Below are positions 22,509 to 36,849 of a DNA stretch of 64,000 nucleotides, one piece after another. Location: NCBI RefSeq assembly GCF_002105155.1, contig NW_019028992.1, positions 372,001 to 436,000 on the forward strand, read 5' to 3'. The stretch's first letter is position 1; every line of letters starts with the position of its first letter. This DNA comes from Lobosporangium transversale. Lineage: Eukaryota. A program made the position numbers and the translations under genes. The notes under the pieces are model-generated. The model ran no database searches, was not told the DNA's origin, and saw only the letters and a list, made by a program, of their open reading frames with translations.

Positions 22509-24195
22509 TTATGCAAATAGATCGGCGTCTAGGTCAACCCCAAAGTCCCAAACGACAATATTCCGATCTTGAGACGTGCTATGAATGCAAAAAAAAAAAA
22601 AAAAATAAAAAAATCAGCCCCACAAAAGATAACATCGAGTTTATTTGTTAGGTTTATATTTATATTTATATTTTATTTTTATTCCTCTTTAGAGCCCGAG
22701 AAATTCATATACAAGGATCAGCTTCTGCTTACCTGATGATGCGGGTGGGTGAAAATTGAACGTCAAACACCCAACTGACGTGCCCGTTATTGAGATCCAA
22801 GGTACATTCACCCGTGGTCATATCCCACACTTTGACTGTTTGGTCGTAGCTTCCACTGACAACCCTATTCTGATCAAAGTGCAATGTTCGTACCAAGTTT
22901 TCATGTCCTGATAAAACTCTTATGCATCTACCTGTTGCAGCTTCCCATATTCGAATCGTCCTATCATTTGATCCTGACACGATCGTTTCGCCATTGAATT
23001 GAACACAGGCCAAGCCCCGCTCATGCCCAACAAAATCACGCACACACGAGCCGGTAGCTACATCCCATAGCTTGACCAACCCGTCACCAGAAGCAGAGAC
23101 AACTTGGCCTTTATGTAGCTGGATCGCATTTACAGGACCGCGATGACCCCTTAAACTCCTTAATAAAGCCTTGGTTTCAACGTCCCATATCTTGATAGAT
23201 GTGTCTTTAGAGCAGCTCACGATATATTTTTCATCAAAACATACATCGAGTACTCCGGCTTCATGACCATATAGCGTTGATATAGGTTGACGTGTTTCCA
23301 TGTTCCAGACAATGATGCTATTGTCAGAGGATCCTGAAACCATAATCTTATCGTTAAACTGTAAACAAAGAACAGACTGCGAATGGCCACGGAGAGTATC
23401 GGTACATTTCAATGTTGTTGCATCCCAAAACTTAATTGTACGATCTCTGGATCCTGTTACAATCTTGGTGCTATCGAACTGGATACAGTAAACACTGTCA
23501 TCGTGTCCACTGAGTTTGGTCATTGCAGGAACGGATTGCCAACGAGTTTCCAGTATTTTACGGTCATGGCAAAGATGTTTCCAATCCAATCCGGGACTTA
23601 CGCGTGCAGCAGTAGTGGCTGATAATTCTGCTGTGTCTTTGTTTTGGGATGTATCTGGTAGATATGTGTGAGTTACTGGAAGTGACTTAATCTTCCAGCG
23701 TTGATGATGAAGGAATATATTTTTCCAGAGCTCATTATCTGTTGTGAATTGATTCCAAGTTTTTGAGACCAGAGCAACCCTGCTTAAGGTAGCCATGTCG
23801 AGAAGCTTCAGGATATATATTGTCATCTCGTATGGTAGTTTTGAGAGAATGTCTATCCGTGGACTGTCCAGCAGCAACGAATAGAATTGGTTCCTGAGAT
23901 CTGTTGCAGTCTTAGTCTGGTCATCCGAAGGCAATTCTTGTACCTCTGTGTTTATGTTAATGTTTGGATCTGTTGAGCTGTTTACATGGTCCGTGTGCGT
24001 CTGCGTACATGTGAGGGAGGGCGCGTCTGGGGATTGTACCGACCATGTATCTTCACAAGACACCTCCAGCCGGTGCTGCTGTTCCTGCCCAATGTCGAAG
24101 GCAGAGATGTTTGTAGTTGCCTGGAGCTGTATGGTAGCGTCAGTGGGCCTTCTTCTCTGGACTGTTGTCATTGCAGGTGAAGAAAAAGGATTCAT
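22509..24195 (-). CDS. F-box/WD40 protein (beta-TrCP / FWD-1 / Pof11-like)
   Basis: F-box DILSKLPYEMTIYILKLLD..LVSKTW; seven WD40 repeats (GHDDSVYCIQFD..IVTGSRDRTIKFWD, GHRGPVNAIQ, GHERGLACVQF). Exons ~24195-22733 and 22578-22509. Start could be 24195 or 24171. Confidence 0.9.
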
Positions 24196-24368
24196 GGAGA
24201 GAAAAAAGAAAAAAGAAAAAAAAAATAGGAGAGAACTGAGTGTAACTTGGTTCACTTGGTAAAAAGAAAAAGCTCAAGAGAAAGGAAAGGATGTAAGAAT
24301 GAAGGAGATTTGCGAAAAGAGTAATTGAAAAAAAAAAAAAAAAAAAAAAAAAACAAAAAACAAAGAGT

Positions 24369-24413
<45 letters not shown>

Positions 24414-25967
24414 CAGAGGGAGAGAGGTAAAGAGAAAAGAAGGGGTGTACAAAAGTCTTTAATTAGATGCTGGAATGACCCGAGCAATTCAACCAAGCTT
24501 TTCAATCATTTTATTCATTCACTCTTCGCTTTCATTTTTATTCATCAACACTTTTTCATTTCATGACGCCCTTGTTGTGGAACGGAGGATCTGGGAAGGG
24601 AAGGAAGAGGGGGGGGGGAAAGAAAAGTTAGGGAGGGAAGGGTATGTGTAAGTGATAGCACACCCATGATACGCGGCTATTCTTTATGGACCATACTATG
24701 GGCAAAGGTATAACTTGAGCAACAACAACACAGCAAAAAAAAAAAGTTTCGTTTCATCGTCCATTACTCTCATACATGCTCTCAACACTCTTAGCATACC
24801 ATGGTAGTTGTATTGTGATCGGAAACAATGGGTTTGGAAACGTATAAGGGGGATGCCTGTAGCTCACCCAAAGAGCCATCCATCTGTTTTATGAGTCTAG
24901 TAATCCTGAAGCGTTGAGGTGTGAGTTATGTTGGGGCGACTCAAGGATGAGAGAAGGAAGAGTAAAGAATAAGGAGCATTTATTCCTTGGTCTATTCTGC
25001 AGAAAACAGTATTCTTGATTAGCTGATACTAAGATAGATTGTGTTGTGATGTTGTCGCGTTTCTTTTATATTTATAGTCGTTTCTTCCCAATCCTGGTCT
25101 TTATAAGAGCCCCTCCTTGGATGGTATTAACGTGAATGAGAGTGTGCATTGATTACAGTTCTGTTTTCTCTTCCTTTTCACTGATTGAGGATGTGAATGT
25201 CCCACAAACTAGTTCGTAACACAATAAACAAAGTCTGGGTGTACCAAAAGCGATCCAAAGGTCAAGGCACGTGGAATGATGGTAACAGATACAGTCCAAG
25301 GTACAGGGTGCAAACAGCCTATAACATGGTTAACATTGTAGGAAGAAGACAATGTCGAATGGAGGATGTTTGAGGTGTTTGCTTTCACTTCTCTGGAAGC
25401 AAAAGGAGCGAGAGCGAACACTGCCGCTGGATATACAGGAAGGATTGAAGCATTTGAGTTTGTATGGCGGTATGAAGGTGAACGGAAAGTCATCACTAAG
25501 GTATGAAAAGAGAGAGCCAGCAAGTCATGTCAATTATCGGTAATTCAGAGGACTCGTTATGGCATGCCAGGGATTTAACAGACATTGGTCGACCCCACAA
25601 AGCGCGCCAAACTTCACGAGGGTAGGGCAAGATGAGGTTTAGTTATTTATTAATTTAACTTTTTACTAAGTTAGTTTTATTAAAATCACAGTGGTATTTG
25701 ATGAGATTCTATTTGTTTTACTTCATTTTGTCACTCTCTCCTTCTCTTCTCTTAACAATTACTTAGCGACGTAGGTGCAATTGAAGCTCTATCATGTTTT
25801 TTTATGCATTGGATATCATCAGCATGCATTCCTTGCTTTATAGCTATTTTGCTCAAATACTTAACGGCTCGCTGATATCTGTTTGTAAATGTGGCAATTC
25901 TTAATTAGGCAGAAAAAACCTTGATCGTCCATTAATTACATTCTCATTGATTCAGCATTAATATACC

Positions 25968-28105
25968 ATGAGCGGAAGAGATCGACTTGCAGACTTTCAT
26001 GTGCGTTTTGCATTTATAATTGTTAATGTTGCGCTGCTTTCATGAGAATATTTAATTGACTTCAATGACCTTTGTGAATGAAATCACGCCACTTTTGTCT
26101 CATGTTTAGGCCCAACAGGGTAATAACAATCAAGGCTATGGGTAAGTTAATTAACTCTTTGGTCTTCTATTTAGTCTATTTTAAGACGATACCATAGCCT
26201 ACTTTCCACGGCTTCCTCACGCCATCCTCTTCTTTCTTAATTACTGAGGAGAAAGTGTCTGCGCTATCAATCATGGCAGTATGACGCCTTATCAATGAAG
26301 AAAGGATAAATGAGGTTTATGTGCTTGTATTTCATGTGCTCACAAATTGATTAGATTACACCGTGTGCTTTCCGGGCCGTGAAATGAAGGGAAAGAGTGG
26401 TGGAACTAACCATGATGTCATTGTACTCCTTCATTCTCTTATTTATTGTTCAGGCAGCAACAGAACCAGAGCCAGTTTGGCCAGCAGTACGGCCAACAAC
26501 AGCAGTATGGCCAGTACAATCAACAACCACATGGTCAGCAACAGTACGGTCAACAGAATCAGTATGGACAGCAGAATCAGTATGGTCAGCAGCAGCAATT
26601 CGCTCAGCAACAACAAGCCCAGTATCAGCAACAGCAGCCACAACATCAATATCCACCTCCCACTCGAATTGAGATGGGTACCCTTTCCTCAACATCTGGC
26701 GATATGAATGCCTTTTTTAGTGAGGTAAAGTAGCAATGAAACAGTTTGATAAGTAGATCTGAAAAAGAAGATCAAAGGATTAACAGACTTTTCCTTTTAT
26801 TATTTTACAGGTGACTTCAATCCAAAATGACATTTCTAGGCTCGAACAGAACATCACCCAAATAGAGGAATTACATGAAATTTCGCTTAACAGTGTGTCG
26901 ACAGAGGACCAAAACGTACGCACTTCTCGTCAACTGGAAGGCATCACCGCAGATACGACCCAACTTTCCAACCGCATCAAGAAGAGGATCAAGGGTACGA
27001 AATTTTTCATACTGGGAGGAACTATAGACTATGGAGACTATTGAAAAATGTATTGTAATTAGTTCATCAAGGGCACAATTTTTAACTTTTTAATTTTTTA
27101 TATGTATGTCTAGATATTGAACTCGCCAACCTTCGTCTTGCCAGCTCCCCTGATATTCAGATCCGCAGGACTCAGGCTGCAGCTTTGAAAGAAAAGTTTT
27201 TGAAGACCCTTCGTCAATATCAGACAGCCGAAAGCGAGGCTCGAAGGAAGTACCAGGGTCGCATGGAAAGACAATACAAAATTGGTAAGTTTGACAGAGA
27301 CTTTACTAGCTGTTAATCCGTGCACTTTAAAACTCCAATTTGACACATTGTTATACACATCCTTTCCTTCAAAAATAGTCAAGCCAGACGCTACTCCTCA
27401 GGAGATCGCACAGGCCATGGAAAGCGATAATCAACAAATATTTGCTCAATCGGTAGGGTAGACATGATTGGGTATTTTTTAAACTTATTACTGTGTATTA
27501 AAGAGCTTCTAACCTTATAGTTTCCTTAAAAAAACCCTTTTCCTGATCTAGGTTCTTCAAAGCACTCGATATGGGGACGCCAACAGAGCCCTTCGTGAGG
27601 TGCAAAGTCGCCATGATGATATCAAGAAGATTGAAAAGACCATTCTTGTAGGTTTATCAAGGCAGGGGAATATGTTAATTATATATGATATGAAACCTTT
27701 GTTATTAATCGACGAAAAACGAATCCTTCTGTATCTCGCTTTTCTTGACTAGGAATTGCAACAACTGTTCATTGATATGGAAACCTTGGTGACCGATCAA
27801 GGCGTTGTCATGGAAACAATCGAGCAAAATACGCAGCAGGCAAATACCTCTTTGCAATCAGGCAATCAACAAGTAGATAATGCTATTAGCAGTGCTCGTA
27901 GTGCCAGAAAAAAGAAATGGATCTGTTTGATTATCAGTATTGTTCTTTTAATTATCATTGTAATTATCGTGTTGAAGGTGGTAAGTTTTTCACTACATCC
28001 CTGAAATGATTGATATAGTCGAAACGGTGGTTGCATTAATGAATCTTAGTTGATATACTCATATATTTTATTTCTTCGCGTGTTCTCTAGACTAAGACAA
28101 TCTAA
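25968..28105 (+). CDS. Plasma-membrane syntaxin (Sso1/Psy1-like Qa-SNARE) with Q/Y/G-rich N-terminal insert
   Basis: Nine exons from MSGRDRLADFH; Habc region; RQYKIVKPDAT; SNARE motif ALREVQSRHDDIKKIEKTILELQQLFIDMETLVTDQG; SARSARKKKWIC plus C-terminal TM helix. Confidence 0.9.
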
Positions 28106-29792
28106 GACCGCCGCCATCTCCACAGGTATCGCAGGTCGTGTGAGGGTCATGCAATAATATTATTTTTAGTACTTGTTCTAATTATTTCATTGGGTGTTGG
28201 TGTGGCGTAAATCAACCACTGTTAAAAGAGTGTTTGTGAATATCTTGTCATTTTTGCTTACTTGACCACAATAATAAAAGCAGCAAATAGGGAGAAGAGG
28301 AAATAAGAGATAGTTCTGATTGTGCCTCCAATGTTCTTTGTGTCCAAAACAGTCGAGAAGGAAGGGGAAAAAAGCATGATGAATGGATGATAAAGGTTTC
28401 TATAGGCTGCATGTAAAAGCATATTCATGCACAGAATTCATTCCTTTCTGTAGACCGTGGACTAGCTGGACTGGCAAGATTAGCACGGGCGCAATGGGAT
28501 GATGTGAAGAAATTGAAGGACAGGATTTTGTTCGGAGACATTTCAAGTCATACGCTGAGAATTTTTTGTGATTTGACATCCATGTTCTTGTACCCAAATA
28601 AATAAAAGCATGAGACAGGATGATGGATGTGGGATCGATTGTACGCCCAATCCAAAACTGACAAAGTTGTTGTCTATGTGTTCTGACTGGTACAGGGTTT
28701 TTTTATGGCAGAGTTTCTTGAACAAAATAAACAAGTGCATGTAAAAAAAGTATTGTTATGCATATCATCCGTATCGTTTGGCACATCTTAATCAAAGCGG
28801 CTAACATTTCACCACTCACTCGTGGTGACCTTGGAAGAGGCAAAATAATTGACTTTCAGCATATTCGACATTATTCAAAAAAATGTAATACAGAGCGAAT
28901 GAGAAAAGACAATAATTTTTAGTGGGAGCAGATCTTCATCGCCCCTTTAAACTGTATTTTAAAGTACACATGTTATGGTACACATATATGTGGATAACTT
29001 ACACGATTAAAGTTAAAGGTTAGAAGCGTAATCTAAGTTGTTTGATAACACTAGCGAAGAAAAAAAAAAAGTAACCAGGTCAACGATCTTCACGACCCCA
29101 TCCATCTTGTTTGTCCTGCCCATCCTATTCAACTCATAAAGCTCAAATCCCATAACTCCATTATATTGATCGTGTGCATTCCTTATACTCTCATTCTGCC
29201 GATATCCGACTCTATAGTTATTTCGTCTGCCGACAAAGTACACACAGAGCTTTTTTTTTATGTAACACGGCATAGGATATTCATTGATAGTGACACACAA
29301 GAGAAATCTCTCTTCATCGATTCGCTCGATTATGATTTATCTTGCATGTCAAAAAACACATCCAAACACTAAGCGCCGTTTGACTTTTTACACTGGGTTG
29401 TGGTTTAGAACGATTTACACTATTGCTCCTTTTCTTTTTTTTTTTTTTTTTTTTTTTCTCAGGCATTTGTGCATCCATCGGTGACATTTCATCCAGGGTC
29501 CCGATATCAACTAAGCCAAGGAGACAAGATTTTTTTTAGTCTTCAATGCATGATGGTGCATAAAATAGGAGGACATAAAGATATATTGTAATTCCTCTTC
29601 CCATTTCTTCTTTTTCTTCTCTTTCTTTCTTTGTCCGTCTTCTCATTGTTCTTCCAACAGACCATCCTTATAGATCAAGGCTTACTTGCTCGCTGCTACT
29701 TGCACTCCCTTTTTTTCTTCCCTATTCCTCCCCTTCATCTCTTACAATAGCTGTAAAGCACTTGCGCTGTTAAAGCGCTCTTATCCTACGCG

Positions 29793-31915
29793 ATGTCACA
29801 CCCTTCACACCAGGTCGGCACCAATGCCAGTACGACCGAAGAAGTTCAAGACCTGTCCAAAGCCTCAACACAGTCCCCTGCGCTCCCATCTAGTGAGAAC
29901 CATGTGGAACATCCGAAGGAGATAGATGGTTTTGCCACCATCACTAATGCAGGAACTACTGTGCCTGTCGAGTCCATGACGACTTCATCTCCTGCTGCTA
30001 ATCATACAGGCGGTGCCAGGCGACGTCTGGCACTCTCATCGAACCGTCTGCTCTCCTTGGATTTACTGCGTGGTCTTGCCATCTTTATCATGATTACAGT
30101 TAACGCTCAAAATGGACCTGTGGTTTTCCCAATCCTTTGTAAGGGAATACTATTTTGAAGATTGTACAGGCCTGTGTACTATTATAGTATATTCATTTTT
30201 TTTTTTTTTTTTTTTTTTTCTTTCCTCCTCACTTGTCTATTTTGCTGTCGCATAGCGCATCCTGAGTGGATTGGATTATCTATTGCAGGTACGGAATTGT
30301 AATACCGATGACATGTGATGACATGATGATGAAGATTGGACGGAGGCACCAAATTTAACTTTTTTTTTTTATTCTTATAATCTCCATCCGTACAAAATCA
30401 TTAGACACGGTCTTTCCCAGTTTTTTGTTTATCACTGGTTGTACGATGCCTCTGTCAATCAGGGCAGCACCCAATTCGCCCAATAGTGTTTACATACGCC
30501 ACGCTATTCGCGTGTTCAAACGTTCACTCATCATTTGGGGTCTTGGCGTTATTCTTAACCTCTATGGTCTCGTCATTCTGAGTGCTCCTGCTAACCAGTT
30601 TCGCTGGCCCAATGTGCTGAACCGTATTGGATTCTGTTACCTGATCGTCGCTTGGATGCACGTTCTTGTCCTTTGGCGCGGTCGTCAACCCGAAAAGCCT
30701 CTCTCAGTTTCATATCTCTTCCCATCCTTATCCCAGCCTGCACGTCCACAAATCCATGAAGCAGATTCGAAGCGTGAACTGGAAGAGACTGCTGCTAATA
30801 ACGCTTCTACTACCCCTGCTGCACCTACCACAGGAGAGGACGATCACGGTGCATGGCCCTGGTTTGTAAGAGTAACCTTGCCTTACTACTTGCCTATTGC
30901 TTGCTTGGTCATCTGGCTCATCTGTACGTATAGTGTCCAGGTCGAGGGTTGCCCTGAGAAGGGTATGGTAGAGGTCCCGGAATGCAGTGCTCAGGCTTAC
31001 TTTGACCTTAGGATCTTTGGCAAGGCTCATACGTACCGTCACTTGGCCTTTGATCCTGAAGGAGCTCTGTCGACATTAACATCAATCCTTAATGTATGGC
31101 TCGGATGGTTTATTGGATGCACCGTCGTGGCGCTTAATGCTCAAGTCAAAGAAGTGAATAATGTTTTTAAGGCGCGCCATGAAGCGCTCAGCCATTCAGA
31201 GGAGCACGAGCAGTATCTTTTGGAGGAGGTTTTGGAGCAGGAGATCGTGACAAGGATCTATTCCGAACATTTGAGCCAATGGTTCTGGTGGGGTATCCTT
31301 TGGATGTTTGTTGGCTGGCTCGTCAGTTTGGGTATCCCATTATCCAAGCCAAGCTGGACCGCAACATTTGCAGTCGTAACCTCAGGCATCTCTCAGACAA
31401 TGCTCGCCATCTTGTTCTTCAAGTTTGATGCCCAGCCAAAGACGAAGCAGCTGCGTAAGCTGCACTTGGAACATCAGTTGACTTACCGATCTAATAACCA
31501 GCTCTCGCGTCATTATCACCATCGTCCTCAGGATGCTGAAGCTGCAGCCTCTGGCTCGGCACCTCTCAGGTCTAATTATTCAAGTGCATTGAATGTATAC
31601 TTCAAAGTGGATCACTTCTTCCGTCATTGGTTCCGTAAGGGTATCTTGTTGGTCTTGGGAAGCATGGGTCGTAATGCCATTCTTTTGTATATGTGCTCAG
31701 AACTTGTTCAAGGCACTTGCTATCTCGTACGTGCAGGACCTGCAGATCCCGAGACCGGTGAAAAATCGGATTTCTTTACTTACATCTTTTCAGTCACTTG
31801 GGGCAAAGCCGAGATTGGTGGCTGGGGTTCTTTACTCTTTTCATTGGGCTTTACATTCCTCCATGTTCTGCTGGCCATCTTCTTGGACTACAAGAAGTGG
31901 TACTTCAAGGTGTAA
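29793..31915 (+). CDS. HGSNAT/NagX-like multi-pass membrane glucosaminide N-acetyltransferase
   Basis: Exons 29793-30138, 30256-30288, 30405-31915. Motifs RLLSLDLLRGLAIFIMITVN, HPEWIGLSIADTVFPSFLFITG, RWPNVLNRIG, FDPEGALSTL, PLSKPSWT, MGRNAILLY, KKWYFKV. Confidence 0.85.
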
Positions 31916-32137
31916 AATCCCAACAGCTTCTTAGAAAAGAAGAGGAGGAGTCACCGTTGTAATTAGTATTTCTATTTTATTCTTTCACCTTTTCCCGGGG
32001 TGTTTTTTATTTTTTACTCATCTATCATTTAGTAGTATATTTCACTCTAATAACATTCAAAACCAAATATTTATCTTTGCCATGCGAAGATGCTAAACTT
32101 AATTAATGGACCTGTCATTGTAGTTTTCGAATGTTTG

Positions 32138-32176
<39 letters not shown>

Positions 32177-32249
32177 ATCCATGCAAGGAATGGAAGGCAA
32201 AAGTTTTATTGATCCATTAAAGATGATCAATAATCTCATAATTGTTGTT

Positions 32250-33450
32250 ATTACTAGGTTACATTGGTAGGACTGGATACTTTCAACTTTCGAAAATCCT
32301 TGGTCGTTTATCTCTTGATCCTGGTATCTACTTGCTTTCTTCTTGACCCTAAAATTACCTCAAAAACATACTATGGTATCCTTTCCGTCGCTGATATTTT
32401 GCTGAAAGTTGGACCCATCTTTGGATTCGAACCGTGCTGTAGCATTGGTCATCAATGTGCTAGTTGAGACTTTGAAGCCAACGTAGGTGATTGGGATCAG
32501 TCCCATAAAATGAGGGACGTGTTGGAGTAGATCTTGTGGTTGTGGGCCAGGCAGCATTAAATAACGTCAACCAAAAGGGTCGAGCGGGAAAGTGTTTGAT
32601 CAAACTGTAGGCGCGTGTGAACGATGGTTTTAGAGGCAAGAACGGGTATCGGTGGCGCAGTCAGAGATGCAGACGACGCGCCCATGTTGATTAGGGGCAG
32701 TTGTATGAACGCACGGACCCTTTTACCCATCACACCGGATGAGCCCTCATTGTGTTTGTTGTTACTGTCCATGCTTTGCTTTTTTTTTTTTTTTTTTTTT
32801 TTTTGCCTTTATTACTGGCGCCGCTACCTATATTTCTATCATTCTCGGTGCCGCCGCCCTTCCTCTTAGTAGGACCTCGGGGAGCTGTGGTCGCAAGTAT
32901 TGCAAGCCTCCAGGCCAGTCAAAACTCACGAGCCTCTGCAGGAACACCACTACCAAAGTATATGATGCTTCATCAAAGGATTTTAAGTATAACCTTGATA
33001 CCGCTTTGACATCGTTCCCAAAGCGGCAGGAGTGAGAGAAAGAAATGAAGAGGAGAGAGATGGTAGAATCACTTGTTTTATTACAACAGCCGATGTATAG
33101 GATCAAAGAATAATGGACTCGGCCTTGCCGATTATGAAGACGAAGTTTGGAGACACTCAGTTGAGTAACGTGCCCGAACCTGTACATGAAAGCCAATTGT
33201 TGCCACCTTGGCGGCGATCGAAGAGATAAATGGGGTAAGTGTTAAGATTTGAAAAGCCTTCGAGCCGTTCTACACTCAGATGCCTCGTTTGTATTGTCCA
33301 TTGTCCAACGGCACATTCGTTACTTGTGGTGATGGTGGTCCCGATGACGTTAGTGTGCTTAATGAGACGTTAGAGAAGGAGAAGCTGAATGGAAGCTGCT
33401 GTTACTGTTGCTGTTGTTGGGTCGTGTGATTTTATCATGGTGAATGAACC
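32250..33450 (-). pseudogene. Possible degraded coding sequence, family unclear
   Basis: GC-richer than flanks, with short protein-like fragments broken by many stops (e.g. LQHGSNP, LINMGAS, faintly ankyrin-like). No intact model. Confidence 0.25.
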
Positions 33451-35752
33451 CATCATAGTTTATAATGGTTGGGGCTGGAATAATGATGCTTAAAGATCAA
33501 ATGTCACAATCACATGGGATGCATAACGGAGAGATGAGCCGGTCAGATGCAGACGCTGATTCGAATCAGTAACGGCAAAAAAATGCTGAGGATACAGTGG
33601 TAAAATGTGTATCAGCATGATGACTTTCCATTGCATTGACGCGTAGCAGGTCAATTAATTCATAGACATGAATATTTGTATAAAAATATATAAATATAAA
33701 AGGATATAAAAAAAAAAAAAAAAGAATAAGCTTACTCTGGAAGAAGGCGGAGATGAAAGAGGCGTACACAACGCAATGATTGGATACAAAGAATGAAGTA
33801 ATTAATGCGGAAAGAGAAATAGATAGAAACGAATAAAGCATTTTAGCGTTCTTTTATATTTTATATTTTCTCTCTTTCAAGCTTTATTCATTCATTTGTG
33901 TCGCTTTTTGCTTTCTTGGCCTGGACTGCCTTAAGATGTGTTCTCGGCAGGATATGGGGATATGGAAAAAGGTTCATGAATTGAATATTAAAAATTTTAT
34001 TTCGAGGTTTTTTATTGTTTCATGCTCTGAGGAAAAAAGGGGTAAAAAAATGACTACGACTACAGGTTTCTGAAGATGGTTCGTGCTTTGTCATTTGTTC
34101 ACGAAAGTACATTTGGAAGATGTTCATCCTTCTTCTTTTTGCTGTTTCTTGTACCTGCACGAATGGGGACGACAAAGACAAGAGTGCATTCCTATTTTTT
34201 TTTTTTCTTCTTTTTTGTTTATTTATTTGTAACATGCTCTGTTTTAATGTTCGTTTCTTTCTTTCCTTACATCCTTGTGCTCAACATGGCTTTGTGACAC
34301 GTCGCGTCATTTGTGTCATTGGAAATGCTTGAGCCAGGGACTTTTTTTCTCTTTCTTTTTTGCTCTTTTGTAACTTTTCAATCTCTCTCTCATTCTCCGA
34401 CATGTTTTTTTTTTTTTTTTTTTTTTTTCCTTTCGTCTTGAACAAAATGCTTGTATAGACAATTGTTCACAATTTTTTTTTTTTTATTTGTGATTTTTTG
34501 GGTGAAATGTTGTTATAAACTATGGTTGTTGGCTCTTTGTTTTTCTTTTTGTGTTTGACAAGGTGGATAGAAGATTGTAAAAGGGAGAAAAGTGTAAGAT
34601 TTTATTTTTTTTCCAATCTTCTTTTCATCGATGGATGGAGATGATGACGATAAAATAGACAGGGAGAGTGTGAGAATGAGTTCAGGAGGTATCGGATACA
34701 TGCATTTGCATGTGGCATGTGCATGGTCCATTTGCAATCAATATCAACAGAGATTCATATTTATACATGTACAAATGTCCTTATAATTTTCAATTGAGGA
34801 CAATACCTTTTGCGTGACACAGATCAAGCATGTTCATCCTCTCAATCTCTTTTCAAGCGCATGTTCTGTTGTGGGCCATAACAATTATAAGCTTATTTAT
34901 TTATTTTTGCCTTGTTCCTTTTTTCCCCAACGATGTGTTCATTGTCCCTTTGCACACGCAAATGTGCATGCGCCATCTTTATTTTAAAAAGGCGAAAAAG
35001 TGGTGTAAAATGAATAATTCCCATTGTTTTCATTATTAATAACAATTAAAAACGGAATCATCTTTCCCCCCTTCTCATGCGACAATCTCTGTGTTCTTTC
35101 GCCATCTCTTTCTTTGTTCTTTCTATTTTTTATTTTTAATTTTTTTTTATTTTTTATTTTATTTTTTATTTTTTATTTTTTATTTTTTATTTTTTCCAAG
35201 GCAGGTTGCATACTTGTTCACACGGAAATATTAATAAACAATGGTCAATGTATTCTGGACCAAACAAGCTCGTGCATTCATTCATCTCTAAACATGGCAT
35301 GGCAGTATAAAGGCCTATTTAAGAGGTTTCAAAGATTGATCTTCCCTCTTTTAAACTCTCTTTGTCTCTTTGTCTCTTTGTTCTTTTTTCTTTTTTATAT
35401 TTATTCTAAAGAGAAACTATCGGTCATGATTCAATGAAGGATGGAAAGAAGGAGGAAGGAAAGGAAGGAAAGGAAAGAATGAGCGAGCGAATGGAACGAA
35501 ATGAAAAGAAGAAGAAAAAAAAGAATCAAGACTGATCTATCTTTTTTTTTTTTTTTTTTTTTTTCTTCTAGTCTAATCGACAGAAGAAGGGGGTCGTCAC
35601 TTTTCTATTCGCCACGACCTTTTTTTCTTTTTCAGACTTTTTGATTGATTGAGTTGGAATCACTTTTCTTCTTTCTTCATCATTTCTTCCTTTCTCACTC
35701 ACCTCTTTCCTTTCCTTTCCTTCCCTTCCCTTCCCTTCCCTTCTCCTCTCTC

Positions 35753-35753
<1 letters not shown>

Positions 35754-35796
<43 letters not shown>
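35754..35796. repeat. (CT)n microsatellite in a long pyrimidine-rich region upstream of the PKA gene
   Basis: About 20 CT units, with neighbouring TTCCC repeats and a second CT run near 35843-35862. Confidence 0.85.
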
Positions 35797-35803
<7 letters not shown>

Positions 35804-35989
35804 ACTCGCTTCCTTTCTCTTTTTCTTATACTTGTCATTCATTCTCTCTCTCTCTCTCTCTCACCATCGCCATCTTACATTCATATTTGTTAGCATTTCC
35901 AATTGCATTATACGCCATTGCATTTTGATTCATTTTCAAACCTTCAAAGCATTCAAAGGTGATTAATTCATTCCATTCATTTTCATACC

Positions 35990-36039
<50 letters not shown>

Positions 36040-36814
36040 CATGAGTACATGAGTACAAAGTAGAAAGCATCCATCACGATCGTCTTTTAATTTTTTATTT
36101 ATTTATTTATTTTTTCTCCCATGGCTTCATTCGATACCTTTGGGGAAGAAGAGAAACAAACAAACAAAGATCACACATGCTTTTTTTCTTAAAATCCTTT
36201 CTTTGACCTGTATCAAGTGTGTTTCTGTGTCTGTGTCTCTGTTTTTGTGTGCCTGAACTCGTGCCTGTGTGTTTTCATGAGTGAGAAATCTCATTCACAC
36301 ACACAGACATCTTCCGTCTATTTGATTGCTTCTGTTTCTCGGTCAAAATTATCACTTTATTTTTTTTTCCTTTTCACATCCTCTCCTTCTCTTTGACGCT
36401 CCACTTCAGACAATTTCCTCTTCTTCCCTTCTTCTCTTCCCTTCTTCCCTTCATTCAATCCACCCATTTCATCCTACTCTACCCCTCCCCCCCCTCCTTC
36501 CTTCCTTTCCTTTTTCCCTTTCCCTGTTTCTCTTTTCCCTCTTTCCCTTTCCCTTCTTCTCCTGTTGCTGTCTCTCTATTTGTCTTTCAATTGCTCCGTC
36601 TCCTCTTCTCTCTTCTTCTACAGTTGTTATCCAATTATAATAATTAAAATAAACCACCTCTCCCACTGATTGCTTCAATAATCAACTTCCAAAGGACTAT
36701 TTTTCTTTTTCTCCTGTCCCCCTCCCCTTACTCGTTCACTCAAAGGCATCAAACAAACAAAACAAAACAAAACAAAAAACTCGCTTCTCACCATCACTCT
36801 TACACTGCCGCCAA

Positions 36815-36849
<35 letters not shown>

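Noticed and set aside
25200..25620. Possible coding or transposon remnant between the F-box and syntaxin genes
   Set aside because: Short ORFs with no recognisable motif or splice structure.
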